Below are positions 63,882 to 64,000 of a DNA stretch of 64,000 nt, piece by piece. The stretch is taken from assembly GCF_018350175.1 (NCBI RefSeq), contig NC_058368.1, positions 66,218,001-66,282,000 on the forward strand, given 5' to 3'. Within the stretch, counting starts at the first letter, position 1. Each line of letters begins with the position of its first letter. Below the pieces are notes generated by a model. It searched no databases. It was not told the DNA's origin and saw nothing but the letters and a program-made list of their open reading frames with translations. The translations under genes and the position numbers were made by a program. Source of the stretch: Felis catus. Its lineage: Eukaryota.

Positions 63882-64000
63882 GCTTCCTTTGTTGAAGACA
63901 ATTGACCATATAGTTGACCATATAATCATGGGTTTATTTCTGTGCTCTCTATTCTGTTCTGTTAATCTATGTGTCTGTTTTTGTGCCAGTACCATACTGT
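63882..64000 (-). mobile_element. LINE-1 ORF2 fragment (runs off the window)
   Basis: gggtttatttctgtgctctctattctgttc..tctatgtgtctgtttttgtgccagtaccatactgt. Confidence 0.9.

Overview
This is eukaryotic, AT-rich, apparently non-coding (intronic or intergenic) DNA from a carnivore, almost certainly a felid. The evidence is 20 tRNA-derived CAN-SINE (SINEC/SINEC_Fc-type) copies, several with intact target-site duplications (TSDs). These sit on the usual ancient eutherian repeats: MIR, L2, L1M fragments, MLT1/MLT2/MER74-like LTRs, and MER5, MER20, MER53 and MER82 DNA-transposon relics. I found no credible protein-coding gene, RNA gene or CRISPR array, and no evidence of a novel biological system. 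All ORFs in the track are short, lack recognisable domains and often overlap repeats. The most notable structures are (i) an unassigned ~560-bp element bounded by ~60-bp inverted repeats with reciprocal CpG decay (37.3-37.85 kb), (ii) a SINE re-inserted at exactly the same nick site as an older SINE, leaving a triple TSD (30.6-31.1 kb), (iii) a modular minisatellite born inside a MIR (32.8 kb), (iv) a cluster of non-B-DNA motifs around a MER53 hairpin (16.1-16.6 kb), and (v) repeat-poor, CpG-retaining candidate regulatory segments at ~51 kb and ~59-62 kb. Repeat subfamily names are from memory of consensus sequences, and boundaries of old repeats are approximate. Both need RepeatMasker/Dfam confirmation.
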